Source: an uncultured bacterium (GTDB taxonomy: Bacteria > Cyanobacteriota > Vampirovibrionia > Gastranaerophilales > Gastranaerophilaceae). Taken from it: a stretch of 64,000 nucleotides of DNA. Positions 30,173 to 40,547 of the stretch are shown in pieces; position 1 is the stretch's first letter, and each line of letters opens with the position of its first letter. The notes under the pieces were generated by a model. That model was given only the letters and a program-made list of their open reading frames with translations, ran no database searches and had not been told where the DNA came from. The stretch covers positions 15,558 to 79,557 of the forward strand of contig CACYKP010000002.1 in assembly GCA_902775025.1 (NCBI GenBank). The letters are read 5' to 3'. Both the position numbers and the translations under genes were made by a program.

Positions 30173-30577
30173 TTATAATTTATTATTTCGTTTCTTTTTA
30201 TTGTTAAGTTTATTGTTTCCTTGTTTCATTTGTATAGCAAGAAATATTTGTTCGCCCAATATCTTTGCACCTTTTGTAGTATTAGGGTATAATTCAGGGT
30301 TATTTTCAATTCTTTTATCTTTTTTCTTTTTTAATATTTTTTCCTGTTCACCTCTTGTTACAGTCAAGAATTTGGAAGTTACAGTCGTTTGATATTCCAT
30401 TTCTTTTAGTTCAAGCTCATGCAACTTTTGTTTATCAGCAGATTTACTTCCTGTTGATTGAATACCATACTTGTACCAAAGCCTTAAGATTATCCTTTTC
30501 CACTCTTCATCAGGAGCTTTGGATACAGAGAAAAATGCATTGTACAAACTATCTACTTTTATTGACACTTTACACAC
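30173..30577 (-). CDS. Hypothetical protein under a sigma28-type promoter
   Basis: 134-aa ORF with a consensus sigma28 promoter directly upstream. Confidence 0.7.
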   Translation of the reverse strand: MCKVSIKVDSLYNAFFSVSKAPDEEWKRIILRLWYKYGIQSTGSKSADKQKLHELELKEMEYQTTVTSKFLTVTRGEQEKILKKKKDKRIENNPELYPNTTKGAKILGEQIFLAIQMKQGNNKLNNKKKRNNKL

Positions 30578-30603
30578 CCCTAAGTCTTTTCTTTATACTC
30601 TTT

Positions 30604-30630
30604 TTATCGGCATAAATTTAAAAAACTTTA
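30604..30630 (-). promoter_or_regulatory. Sigma28 (FliA) promoter
   Basis: Minus strand TAAA-N15-GCCGATAA, a perfect consensus match. Confidence 0.8.
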
Positions 30631-30693
30631 GGGGTAAATGTAAAAATTAATGTTTTTGTTACAAAATTGTTACAAATATGGTAAAATTATCCT

Positions 30694-31974
30694 ATGCTAA
30701 AAAAAGTTTCAAAACTAAATAAAGGTTTAAAGGGAGAAATCATAATTCCTGCGGATAAGTCTGTTTCACACAGAGCCGTAATGTTTTCTTCTATCGCAAG
30801 GGGTAAATGTATAATAAAAAATTTTTCAAGCGGAGCAGACTGTCATTCTACCTTGAATATTTTTAGGCAATTAGGTGTAAATATAGAGTTTATTGACGCA
30901 AAAACTTTATCCATAAACTCTGACGGTATATTAAAACCGTCATTTACATCGCTTGATGCAGGAAATTCCGGTACTACAACAAGATTAATTTCAGGAATTC
31001 TTGCCGGACAAAATTTTGATTCTGTAATAATAGGTGATGAAAGCCTTTCAAAACGCCCTATGAAAAGAATTATAGAGCCGCTTACTCTTATGGGTGCCGA
31101 GATTGACTCTGTTGACGGGCACGCACCACTTACAATAAAAGGCAGAAAACTGCATGGCATTAATTATTCATCAAAACTCGCATCGGCTCAGGTTAAATCT
31201 TGTATTCTTCTTGCAGGATTAAAAGCGGAAGGCGAAACAACTTTTACAGAACCTTATGTATCACGAAATCATACAGAATTGTTACTTGATTATCTTGGGG
31301 CAAATATTAAAACCGATAAAAATTCTGTTACGGTAAAACCGTCTATTTTGGAAGCAAAAGACATAAATATTGTCGGCGACATATCTTCTGCAGCATTTTT
31401 TATCGTAGCAGGCTTAATTGTTCCAAATTCAGACTTTGTAATCAAAAATGTAGGTTTAAATCCTACAAGAACAGGTATTCTTGATGTTGTAAAACGTATG
31501 AACGGCAATGTAAGTATAATAAATAAACATACTGATTCTGGAGAATACGTCGGTGATATAAGAGTTCAATACAACGACAGTCTAAAAGGATGTATAATTG
31601 AAGGAGAGGATATTCCTCGTTTAATAGATGAACTTCCCGTAATAGCGGTTTTAGCTTCGCAAGCGGAAGATCAAACAATAGTTAAAAACGCTGAAGACTT
31701 AAGGAATAAAGAGTCAGACAGAATAAAATGCCTTGTATCTGAACTTACAAAAATCGAGGTAAATATAAAAGAAACCTCTGATGGTTTTATTATAAATGGT
31801 AAAACTAAAATTAAAGGCGGAGCAGAGCTTGAAAGCTATCACGATCACAGACTCGCAATGAGCTTTTATACCGCAGGATTGATTGCAGACCAAGAAATAG
31901 GCATAAACGGCTTTGAATGGACAAAAATATCTTTCCCGGAATTTGAAGAATTAGTCCAAAGACTTAACGGTTGA
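30694..31974 (+). CDS. aroA: EPSP synthase
   Basis: PADKSVSHR, GNSGTTTR, SAQVKS, DELP, KESDR, HDHRLAM. Confidence 0.98.
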   Translation: MLKKVSKLNKGLKGEIIIPADKSVSHRAVMFSSIARGKCIIKNFSSGADCHSTLNIFRQLGVNIEFIDAKTLSINSDGILKPSFTSLDAGNSGTTTRLISGILAGQNFDSVIIGDESLSKRPMKRIIEPLTLMGAEIDSVDGHAPLTIKGRKLHGINYSSKLASAQVKSCILLAGLKAEGETTFTEPYVSRNHTELLLDYLGANIKTDKNSVTVKPSILEAKDINIVGDISSAAFFIVAGLIVPNSDFVIKNVGLNPTRTGILDVVKRMNGNVSIINKHTDSGEYVGDIRVQYNDSLKGCIIEGEDIPRLIDELPVIAVLASQAEDQTIVKNAEDLRNKESDRIKCLVSELTKIEVNIKETSDGFIINGKTKIKGGAELESYHDHRLAMSFYTAGLIADQEIGINGFEWTKISFPEFEELVQRLNG

Positions 31975-32589
31975 AACGATTTTGCCGATTAGTATCAGAT
32001 CTGATAATGATTTTTGCGGTATTGTACGAACTCTGTATTCAGGATTATCTGATTTAATAATAATTTCGTCTATATTTTTGGATAATCGTTTCACAAAAAA
32101 TTCATTGTTATAACAAAATACATAAATCTTGTTATCTTGAATTTGATCCCCATTCCAATGCTCAACAATAAGTTTGTCGCCATTTTCTATAGTTGGGGAC
32201 ATACTGTTTCCTGTTGCATTTATGATAGAATAAAGTTTATTTTTTGAATATCCGCTTATCATAGAAGTGGAAATCGGAAGTTTTGTTTTTTCGCTGGAAA
32301 ATATAATGCTTCCGTTACCGCAGCTGGCAAATACATCTGTATAGTAATCTATATAAGTGATATCAGGATTTGAAGTAATTGTATCAAAAAGCTTTATATT
32401 AAAAAACTCTTCAGCTTTTTTTAATTCGCTTACAGTAACTTCACTCTCATTCTTTATGCGATTGCATACCGTTTGCCTTGTAATATTGAGACTCTCAGCA
32501 AGCATTGATTGGTTCACCGTGCTTCTTAATCGTGAAGATATTAAAGACATTAATTCATCAAGTTTCATCATCTCACCATAAAATAACAC
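31951..32589 (-). CDS. Phage CI/LexA-like repressor (HTH + S24 peptidase)
   Basis: N-terminal HTH (QSMLAESLNITRQTV), ASCG cleavage-site region, GNSMSP catalytic Ser and VKRL catalytic Lys; start may be about 32568. Confidence 0.88.
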   Translation of the reverse strand: MLFYGEMMKLDELMSLISSRLRSTVNQSMLAESLNITRQTVCNRIKNESEVTVSELKKAEEFFNIKLFDTITSNPDITYIDYYTDVFASCGNGSIIFSSEKTKLPISTSMISGYSKNKLYSIINATGNSMSPTIENGDKLIVEHWNGDQIQDNKIYVFCYNNEFFVKRLSKNIDEIIIKSDNPEYRVRTIPQKSLSDLILIGKIVSTVKSLD

Positions 32590-32718
32590 TTGACATTTGT
32601 ATCATATTATCTTACAATTAATATACAATTGTCAGTTTATACCTTATATTTAAGCATAAATTTAATACTTTGTCAAATATATTATCACAAATTATGAAGA
32701 AAAGGGAGCAAATACTAT

Positions 32719-32949
32719 ATGACATACAGATATAATGTATCATGCTGTGAAACAACGAGTAAAATTTGGACACCTACTGCAATAGAATGTTATGAACTCG
32801 GATGCAGGTGTTCTAAGTGTAATTTATATAAAATTTATTTTTCACACAGTTCTTTTCAATGCAAAATGAAAGAAACTGTTATTGAATTAGTGCGAAAAAT
32901 AGGTGCACCAAAAGCAGAGGAGGAAATTTTTTATGAAGAACTTATCTAA
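32719..32949 (+). CDS. Small Cys-rich hypothetical protein divergent from the repressor
   Basis: 76 aa, ECYELGCRCSKC...C, SD GGGAG. Confidence 0.7.
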   Translation: MTYRYNVSCCETTSKIWTPTAIECYELGCRCSKCNLYKIYFSHSSFQCKMKETVIELVRKIGAPKAEEEIFYEELI

Positions 32950-33235
32950 AAATAGTGCAAAAAATGGCAAAAAAGGCGGACGCCCAAGTATAGATAACAG
33001 TATTACTGCAATAACCATATCGGGTATAAATACGGTAATATTGACAGAAAATCAGTATTATACTTTAATTGAACGCTTTGGCAAACCTCTTTTTGAAAAA
33101 GCACTGAATATATTAGAGGAATGGCTCAATACAAGTTATACAGGAAGTAAATATAAAGGCAAAAATAATTACGCTCACTTTCGTTCTGACGGTTGGGTTA
33201 TAAACGAAGCAAAGAATTCTATACCGCAAATCTAA
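32933..33235 (+). CDS. Phage replication/replisome-organiser-like small protein
   Basis: NGKKGGRP plus V.LT..QY..L..RFG...LEEW...KY..NNYA...WV; SD GGAGG before ATG 32933. Confidence 0.55.
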   Translation: MKNLSKNSAKNGKKGGRPSIDNSITAITISGINTVILTENQYYTLIERFGKPLFEKALNILEEWLNTSYTGSKYKGKNNYAHFRSDGWVINEAKNSIPQI

Positions 33236-34316
33236 AGTGAACGATATCTCCGTCTTGTACTATATAATCTTTACCTTCAAGACGAGTTACGCCTTTATCT
33301 TTGCATGCAGTATATGAACCGTTTTCTACAAAGTCTTTATAACTTGTAACCTCTGCTCTTATAAAACCTTTTTCAAAATCTGTATGAATTACGCCGGCTG
33401 CTTGAGGAGCTTTTGTGCCGTTAGCGCAAGTCCAAGCACGGGTTTCTTTTTCGCCTGCAGTAATAAAAGTTATTAGGTTTAGAAGTGAATAAACAGATTT
33501 AATCATTTTATCGATGCCGCTATCAGATATTCCTAACTCGGCAAGGTATTCTTTAGCACCGTCTTCTCCGAGTTCAACAAGTTCTTCTTCTATTCTGGCA
33601 CAGATTATAACAGTTTCTGCGCCTTGTTTTTTAGCGTATTCTTCAACTCTTTTTGTGTAATCATTTCCGTCTTTTAAATCAAATTCAGAAACATTAGCAC
33701 AATAAATTACAGGTTTAACTGACATTAAATTGAGCGGCTTTATTACTTCTATTTCATCCTCGTTAAAATGGTCTTTTAAGTTTATAAAATGACCTTCTTG
33801 AAGAAGTTCATTAAGTTTAGTCAGAGCATTATTTTCAAGAACGGCTTCTTTATCACCGCCTTTAGCTTGTTTGGATATTCTTGCAAGTCGTCTTTCAATT
33901 GAAGCGATGTCAGCGAGCGCAAGTTCGGTATTAATAGTTTCGATATCCGATATCGGATCAACTTTGCCTTCTACGTGAATAGTATTTTCATCATCAAAAC
34001 ATCTTACAACTTGAATAATTGCATCCACTTCTCTTATGTTATGCAAGAATTGGTTTCCCAAACCTTCACCTTGGCTTGCACCTTTTACCAATCCTGCAAT
34101 ATCAACAAACTCGATAACTGTAGGTATAATTTCTTTAGATTTACATAAATCGGCAAGAATTTTTAATCTTTCGTCAGGTACAGTAACGACACCAACATTT
34201 GGTTCTATTGTACAAAACGGATAATTTGCACTTTGAGCGTTTTTTGTAGCTGTTAGCGCATTAAATAAAGTTGATTTTCCGACATTCGGAAGTCCTACTA
34301 TTCCGGCTCTTAACAT
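33219..34316 (-). CDS. ychF: Redox-regulated ATPase YchF
   Basis: GIVGLPNVGKSTLFN, NYPFCTIEPN, DIAGLV, C-terminal TGS ...DGDIVHFRF. Confidence 0.98.
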   Translation of the reverse strand: MLRAGIVGLPNVGKSTLFNALTATKNAQSANYPFCTIEPNVGVVTVPDERLKILADLCKSKEIIPTVIEFVDIAGLVKGASQGEGLGNQFLHNIREVDAIIQVVRCFDDENTIHVEGKVDPISDIETINTELALADIASIERRLARISKQAKGGDKEAVLENNALTKLNELLQEGHFINLKDHFNEDEIEVIKPLNLMSVKPVIYCANVSEFDLKDGNDYTKRVEEYAKKQGAETVIICARIEEELVELGEDGAKEYLAELGISDSGIDKMIKSVYSLLNLITFITAGEKETRAWTCANGTKAPQAAGVIHTDFEKGFIRAEVTSYKDFVENGSYTACKDKGVTRLEGKDYIVQDGDIVHFRFAV

Positions 34317-34487
34317 TTTTATTTCCTCTCAAATTTAATCTTTAAACCAATTATAACACGAAGGGGTAAACGAAGAGAAAATTAATTTGTAACAATTTGT
34401 TAATATGGCATGGGTTTTGTGTCAAATTTTTCCGGTTAGAAAACTTTATTAAATATATAGGATGTATTGTGAAAAGGTTTAATTATT

Positions 34488-36452
34488 TTGGAAGTAAATA
34501 ATAATCAAAATATAATAATTTCAAAAGCTCCGTTTAATAACACTCAAACTGGCGGAGAAAATAATCAAACAAAAAATTATACACCTGCTTTTAAGGGTTC
34601 ATTAGATAATTTTTTGAATAAGTCAGGTTATGTAATGAATAAAATTGAAAGCGGAGGTTTTCTTGTATTATTTTTAATACAGGATTTTCTGGGGATGACG
34701 CTTCCGAGAACTTGTGCAGGCTTTTTAAGAGATAAAGAAGTTACCGGTGAATACAATATTCAGGAAGGTTTCGAGGTGCTGGGCAGAGAAGGTCTTACCG
34801 GACCTTGTATGATGGCAGTTGCTCCTCTTTCGCTTTGGCTTGCTTCAAAAACTTTTGGGCAATCAACAAGCATTAATACTGAGCTTATTAAAAGATACGG
34901 AAATAGCTTAAAAGAAATATTATCGGCGCCTGATTTTAATAAAGAATTGCTTAAAGACGGTAATAAATTTAAGTCAGAGTTTTATAGAAAAAATGTAGAA
35001 AATATTTTAAAAGAAACCCTTGGAGAAAGAACTGCAGAAGAAACAAAAGCTTCTGTTGATTACATAATGAAACAGCTTGAAAATTGTGAAAACATTCCTA
35101 AAGATGTTAAAATTAAAAAGTTTATGGGCAAATCAAGGTACAGAGAAGAATGTTTAAACAATATTTCAGACCACATTAATGATATCAAATACCGCACAAG
35201 TGAAGATTTGAACATGTTAAAAAAAGTTAAACTAAGTTCAATAGGTGCAAAAGATACAAAGGTATTTGATGTAAAAAAAGCGTTTGACGGTTTAATAAAG
35301 TATTCAAATGATGCTATAAAATTTAATAAAAATTTAGACAAACTTGACAGTACTGTTGCTGAAAGCCTGAAACACAGCGCATTGGGTAAACGTGTTATTA
35401 TGAACGTTGCTATGATAGCGGCAACATTAGGTATGCTATCTGTATTGCCAAAATTGTATTTGAGAAGTAATACTGCTCCGGGAGCTAGGAAAAAGGCTAA
35501 GACTGATGAAAATTCTAATAATGAAAATATAGCATTTAAGGGTAAAAATAATCTAATTGAAAAACTCGGTAAAGCTGTTGAAAAGAACAACAAAGACTTT
35601 GTGTCATCAGAACTTGAATATAACGGACATAACTTTACTAATACATTAATGGCCGGTTTATCGTTATTCGGTTTAATTACTCCAAGATGCATGAGAGCAT
35701 ATTCAAGGGCACAAGTTGATGAACATACAGGTAAAAAAGATAAAACGGAACTTTGGGAAATTATAATCAGAGATATTACATCATCGCTTGCCGTCGTATT
35801 TGCAGTTCCTATGATGACAAGAGCATTAGTAACATCATACGAAAAGAATTCAGGTTATGTATTAATGCAAAAAGATAGGTCAATGAGTAAACTTAAAACT
35901 GTATTAGACTTGTTAAATCCTTATAGCAAAGCTCATGTTTTATCAAATGCCGAGATTACCGCTTTATATGAAAAAGTAGATTCTAAAGAAAAAATGGTTA
36001 ACTTCTGTAAATATATAGACAAAAATGGTGGAGATTTACAAAAGATTCTATCAAAATCTGAGAATTTGAATGAAATATTCAATGAAAAAACGAAAACGCT
36101 AGATGCATTAAAGAAAATGAACAAAACGGATGCAAATAAAGAAATAACATCTATTATTGAAAATATTGAATCACATGCGAAAAAGCTTGGAAAATCGGTT
36201 GATAAAAAATCAATAGATGGTATGATAACTAAATTGATGAAGGGCGCTTCAAAAGGTGGGAATAGTAAGATTACTGCTATTGCAAGAGGGTTGAACTCTG
36301 TTCCGGGACTTCTTACAACCTTATTTATATCACCATATATTTTGGGATGGTTTATTCCTCGTTTGACATATTGGAATACTAGACGTATTCATGCAAATGA
36401 AGACAGAGAACGCGAAGCACAAGAGCAAAATAAACTAAAGACTACAGTATAG
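34488..36452 (+). CDS. Lineage-specific multi-pass membrane protein, paralogue of 5948..7378
   Basis: TTG start; two halves each preceded by AFKG; QD.LGM..PRT...EG.EV..RE motif. Confidence 0.75.
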   Translation: MEVNNNQNIIISKAPFNNTQTGGENNQTKNYTPAFKGSLDNFLNKSGYVMNKIESGGFLVLFLIQDFLGMTLPRTCAGFLRDKEVTGEYNIQEGFEVLGREGLTGPCMMAVAPLSLWLASKTFGQSTSINTELIKRYGNSLKEILSAPDFNKELLKDGNKFKSEFYRKNVENILKETLGERTAEETKASVDYIMKQLENCENIPKDVKIKKFMGKSRYREECLNNISDHINDIKYRTSEDLNMLKKVKLSSIGAKDTKVFDVKKAFDGLIKYSNDAIKFNKNLDKLDSTVAESLKHSALGKRVIMNVAMIAATLGMLSVLPKLYLRSNTAPGARKKAKTDENSNNENIAFKGKNNLIEKLGKAVEKNNKDFVSSELEYNGHNFTNTLMAGLSLFGLITPRCMRAYSRAQVDEHTGKKDKTELWEIIIRDITSSLAVVFAVPMMTRALVTSYEKNSGYVLMQKDRSMSKLKTVLDLLNPYSKAHVLSNAEITALYEKVDSKEKMVNFCKYIDKNGGDLQKILSKSENLNEIFNEKTKTLDALKKMNKTDANKEITSIIENIESHAKKLGKSVDKKSIDGMITKLMKGASKGGNSKITAIARGLNSVPGLLTTLFISPYILGWFIPRLTYWNTRRIHANEDREREAQEQNKLKTTV

Positions 36453-36469
36453 ATTTTGATTTTCTTTTA

Positions 36470-37141
36470 TTATAGATAGTTTGAAAGAATTGATTTTACA
36501 TAGTTTTGAGTTTCTTTGTAAGGAGGAACTCCGTCATATTTATCAACGGCTCCTGGGCCGGCATTGTACGCCGCAAGAGCAAGTATGATGTTTCCGTTGT
36601 ATTTATTAAGCATGGATTTTAAGTATTTAATTCCGCCTTCTACATTTTGCTCAGGATCCATCGGGTTTGTTACACCAAGACCTTTAGCGGTTGAAGGCAT
36701 CAATTGCATTAATCCCATTGCACCTACTTTTGATTTTGCATTAGGGTTGAAGCCGGACTCTTGTTTTATAAGTGCATTTACAAGTTTCTCGTCAACACCG
36801 TGTTTTTTTGACATTCTTGATACAATATCTTGAATTTTTTGTCTTACGCTGATTTTGTCTTGAGCAGTACTTGCAGTTGCCGTATATAATTGAGCATTAA
36901 CCTTTGTCGTCGGGTTTGTAAGCAAATCACCAAATTTTACCGTTGTTGAATTTTTTAATACAGAATCAAAAGATTGAATTTGGCTGGTGCTTCCGTTTGT
37001 TTGCTGCATAGCACTATTTGTGTTTACAGGAGTCCATTGGTCATTATATTTATTGACATAATTATTCATCTGAACCGCTCTTTGCATAGCATTAGCTTGT
37101 CCTGATGATGATAATAAGCTTTGTAACATTGATGAAAACAT
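36470..37141 (-). CDS. Lytic transglycosylase (SLT domain)
   Basis: [42 protein letters not shown]. Confidence 0.95.
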   Translation of the reverse strand: MFSSMLQSLLSSSGQANAMQRAVQMNNYVNKYNDQWTPVNTNSAMQQTNGSTSQIQSFDSVLKNSTTVKFGDLLTNPTTKVNAQLYTATASTAQDKISVRQKIQDIVSRMSKKHGVDEKLVNALIKQESGFNPNAKSKVGAMGLMQLMPSTAKGLGVTNPMDPEQNVEGGIKYLKSMLNKYNGNIILALAAYNAGPGAVDKYDGVPPYKETQNYVKSILSNYL

Positions 37142-37162
37142 ATAACTATCCTTTCATTATAT

Positions 37163-37189
37163 TGTTCGGATGATATTGATAAAACTTTA
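37163..37189 (-). promoter_or_regulatory. Sigma28-like promoter variant
   Basis: TAAA-N15-TCCGAACA upstream of the lytic transglycosylase. Confidence 0.55.
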
Positions 37190-37323
37190 GATTAAAAACC
37201 AAATATCCACTATATGGTTTAATAATACTTTTGATTAAGTCAATATACATATTAAGTTATGCAAAATTATAGATTTTTTTTACTTAATATGGTATTATAG
37301 ATACGAGCATGGGAGAGTGTTAG

Positions 37324-38904
37324 GTGGATACGGAAAATATAACTATATTTGAAGATGATTTATTATTAGCGCAAGAATTATGCGCATCCATATCGGATTC
37401 AAATATTCGAAATAGGGCAGTGGCTAATATTGTCGCTGCAAAAATTGCATCAAGATTTTTTAATAAGGATTATCAAACGGATATAGAAACCGGATTGCAT
37501 AATGTACCAAGTATTTTGGAAAAGTTTGACATATCGGATATTTATGTAAATAATTCATACATAGATGTTAGAGTTTATTTTACGTGTGATGAACTAAGTG
37601 TTCCTAAATCACAATTTGATTTAGGGATGCTGCCTGTATTATACATGTTTATAAAAATTAAACCTGACTTGTCAGGTGGTGCAGTTGTCGGATTTATAAA
37701 GCCGGAAAATGTTGATAAAGAACATTTAATGCAGGATTATTATTATATTAGTGAGAATTCATTAGAGTCTTTTTACAATGTTGAATCTAACTTGAAATTT
37801 GCTTTAGATGTGGTTGATGTTCCGTCTGAACTTATTTATCGGTACATTGACGGAAGTTTGGATGATGAAGCTCAAGTCAGATTTTTGCAAGAATTAATTA
37901 AATCAAAATCTTCGAGAATAAAACTTGCAAAAATAATAAAAGCTCAAACAGTTTTTAATTCTGTATTATTTTCTGATTCTGCGGTATCTGAACCAAACGA
38001 AAACGACCTTGGTGTTGCTGAAACGCAGCAAGAGGAAGTGTCAACCGAGAATTCGCAAGATACAGATTCTTCGGAAGCGGTTTTAAAAACAGAAGAAGAG
38101 GAACTGTTAGAGGCGTTAGATTATACAACAGAGGTAACTCCGAGTAATGCAGAGTTATTAGCAGAAGATGCTGAACATGATGCACAAACTGACGAAACCT
38201 CCGAAGCGGCTTCTGCTAATGAAGAGATAGAAGCTCTGTTTAACGGGGAGCAAGAAGGAGTGCCTGCAGCAAAGAAGAAAAATTCAAATGCTTTTGTTGT
38301 TTTGCTCCTTTTATTGATGCTCTTAGCCGGAGGTTATTTTGCATATACAAATTATGCAAAAATGCAAGATAGCTATTCTCAAAATGCATTACCTGAGTTG
38401 TCTGAAGAAGTTGTTTCCGAACCTGTATCAAATCCTGCTCAAGAAGAAGCGATGCCGGTAGAAACCGTTGAAGCTGTTTCTAGTGATAAAAATAAGCAAG
38501 AAGAGGCTGTTGCTGTTGCTATTCCCGCAATAGAAAAACATTTGGATGCTTCCGTGCTGGTATCAAATTTGAGGGTAGAATGGGAAATTCCGGCAGGTTA
38601 TACAAACAATTCCGCAGCAAAAAGATATTTGTATAAATTAGGCAAGATAATTCAATTGAATTTAAGATCTGATTTGCTTCTGTTGAGTAAACCGCCTTTG
38701 GCAAATAGAATTACTGTGGAGTTAAGGTTTAATTCTGACGCTTCAAGGTTTGAATTTGTAGGTATTAAGGATTCAAGCGGAGAGAGAACTGTAGATGCAA
38801 CAATTACGGATACTGTTAAGAATGCTTTAAATTCTCATATTAATTCAAATACTGATACATTTGGAAAATTGCAGGGAAATCCGATATTAATAATACGTTT
38901 GTAA
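37324..38904 (+). CDS. DUF1822-like / anti-sigma-like membrane protein with C-terminal TonB-C-like domain
   Basis: N-terminal DISDIYV...IDVR...YMFIKI...VVGF; ELIYRYIDGSL helix; one TM (FVVLLLLLMLLAGGYF); C-terminal YLYKL..IIQ...VELRF...SSG...D. Confidence 0.55.
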   Translation: MDTENITIFEDDLLLAQELCASISDSNIRNRAVANIVAAKIASRFFNKDYQTDIETGLHNVPSILEKFDISDIYVNNSYIDVRVYFTCDELSVPKSQFDLGMLPVLYMFIKIKPDLSGGAVVGFIKPENVDKEHLMQDYYYISENSLESFYNVESNLKFALDVVDVPSELIYRYIDGSLDDEAQVRFLQELIKSKSSRIKLAKIIKAQTVFNSVLFSDSAVSEPNENDLGVAETQQEEVSTENSQDTDSSEAVLKTEEEELLEALDYTTEVTPSNAELLAEDAEHDAQTDETSEAASANEEIEALFNGEQEGVPAAKKKNSNAFVVLLLLLMLLAGGYFAYTNYAKMQDSYSQNALPELSEEVVSEPVSNPAQEEAMPVETVEAVSSDKNKQEEAVAVAIPAIEKHLDASVLVSNLRVEWEIPAGYTNNSAAKRYLYKLGKIIQLNLRSDLLLLSKPPLANRITVELRFNSDASRFEFVGIKDSSGERTVDATITDTVKNALNSHINSNTDTFGKLQGNPILIIRL

Positions 38905-38921
38905 CGAAGAAGAGAGCATAA

Positions 38922-40538
38922 ATGGATAAAAATAATAAATATTACGGAATAATCGAAAATTTAGTAAGAAATCACAGGAAATTCCTCGGATTGGAAGCGA
39001 TTCTTGACGATATTATAGATGATGTTTATAATCATTCTAAATCAATTATTGGCACGATAAAAGATGATAACGTAATAGAGGGGTATTTAAATAAAGTAGT
39101 TTCTACATCAATAATAACAGTACCCAAAAAAATGAATTATCAAAATGTGCATCGACAACATATACCCTCAGAGTATGAATCAGTCAAAGCAAAAATAGAT
39201 GCTGAATTGAAATATGAAATTAAACCAAAAGAGCAAAAAACAGATAATGCCGCTCAAGTCAATGTTTTAACGGCTGATGTTAAAGAACTTAGCAATGTAA
39301 AAACCGAAGAACAGCATGAAGATTTAATCGATGATAGCGAATTAGAAAATATTTTAACGGAAGAAAATATAATATCAGGTCAAGGTGAAGTTGATTATGA
39401 AGAGTTAGAAATAGAATCAGAAAAACCAAATACCGAGTTTGTTGACAAAATGATTAATTCTATAACGGAGGATACATTAAAGGAAAATGGTTTATCCGAA
39501 GAAGAAATCGATGATGACGATGCAGTTTCTGAAGATGTTGTAGGAATAGAGGATAGTGCAGATAACAGTCTTGATGGCTTTTTAGAAGATGAAACGGAAA
39601 ATGTTGTAGAAATAGCTGATGAACAATTAATTCAGGAAGATAATATTAAAGAAGAGGAACTTGTTAGCTATTCAGATGTCTCTGATATAGAAAATTTAAG
39701 CGAACTTAATGTTGAAGAGAAAACAGAAACAGAAACAGAAACAGAAAAGCTAATTCTTACTGATGATACAACTGAGCTTGACGCAGATTCTTATTCAGAA
39801 CCCGAAACTTTTTCAGCAGAAGAGAATGACGATATATTGTCTGCGGAGGAAGATTTTATAATTGAAAGTCCTAATGAAGTTGATACGGAAGAATTAGAAG
39901 TTATAGAGCCGGAAACAGGCAAAATTGAGCTGTCTCAAAAAACTGGTTTCTCAGATGATTCTTCAAATTTTGAAGACGTAGAGATGTTAGAGCTGGAGAA
40001 TACAGAATCAGAACAAGAAAAAATAGACTTATCAGATGATGGATTATTCGAGAATGAGGTTGAAGACTCTTTATTAATGCAGGAAAATAATGATGCACCT
40101 GTATTGATAGACGGCTTGCAAGATGATATAGAAGAATTAGGCTCACAGGAAACATTCGATTTAAGTGGTGAAGATAGTGAAACAATTTTAGAATTAAATG
40201 AAGATGATAGTATTGAACCTTTTGAAGATAATACTGAATCGGATTTAGTTGTATTTGAAGATAATAAAGAAGATGATATTTCTGAAAATAAAGAATTTAA
40301 GCCGGCAGATTACTCTGCATTTGATTATAGTCCGCAAGAAAAAGAAACAAAGTATGACAGTGGTGAAATTGTTTCAAAATTGCTGGATGTTGAGCAACAA
40401 GAACCGGATTTAAATATTTTGAAGATTTTTGATTTAAAATATAAGCAGAATTTAACAATTGAAGAAATTATGGCAGAATTAAATCTTGACAAACAAGAGG
40501 TTATCGCTGCATTGGATAAAATGGTGGATTTGATATAG
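38922..40538 (+). CDS. ECF-sigma-like protein with a very long acidic linker
   Basis: N-terminal sigma2-like LDDIIDDVY...YLNKVVSTSII; C-terminal sigma4-like IFDLKYKQNLTIEEIMAELNL..QEV; D/E-rich middle. Confidence 0.55.
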   Translation: MDKNNKYYGIIENLVRNHRKFLGLEAILDDIIDDVYNHSKSIIGTIKDDNVIEGYLNKVVSTSIITVPKKMNYQNVHRQHIPSEYESVKAKIDAELKYEIKPKEQKTDNAAQVNVLTADVKELSNVKTEEQHEDLIDDSELENILTEENIISGQGEVDYEELEIESEKPNTEFVDKMINSITEDTLKENGLSEEEIDDDDAVSEDVVGIEDSADNSLDGFLEDETENVVEIADEQLIQEDNIKEEELVSYSDVSDIENLSELNVEEKTETETETEKLILTDDTTELDADSYSEPETFSAEENDDILSAEEDFIIESPNEVDTEELEVIEPETGKIELSQKTGFSDDSSNFEDVEMLELENTESEQEKIDLSDDGLFENEVEDSLLMQENNDAPVLIDGLQDDIEELGSQETFDLSGEDSETILELNEDDSIEPFEDNTESDLVVFEDNKEDDISENKEFKPADYSAFDYSPQEKETKYDSGEIVSKLLDVEQQEPDLNILKIFDLKYKQNLTIEEIMAELNLDKQEVIAALDKMVDLI

Positions 40539-40547
40539 GTTGATTAT

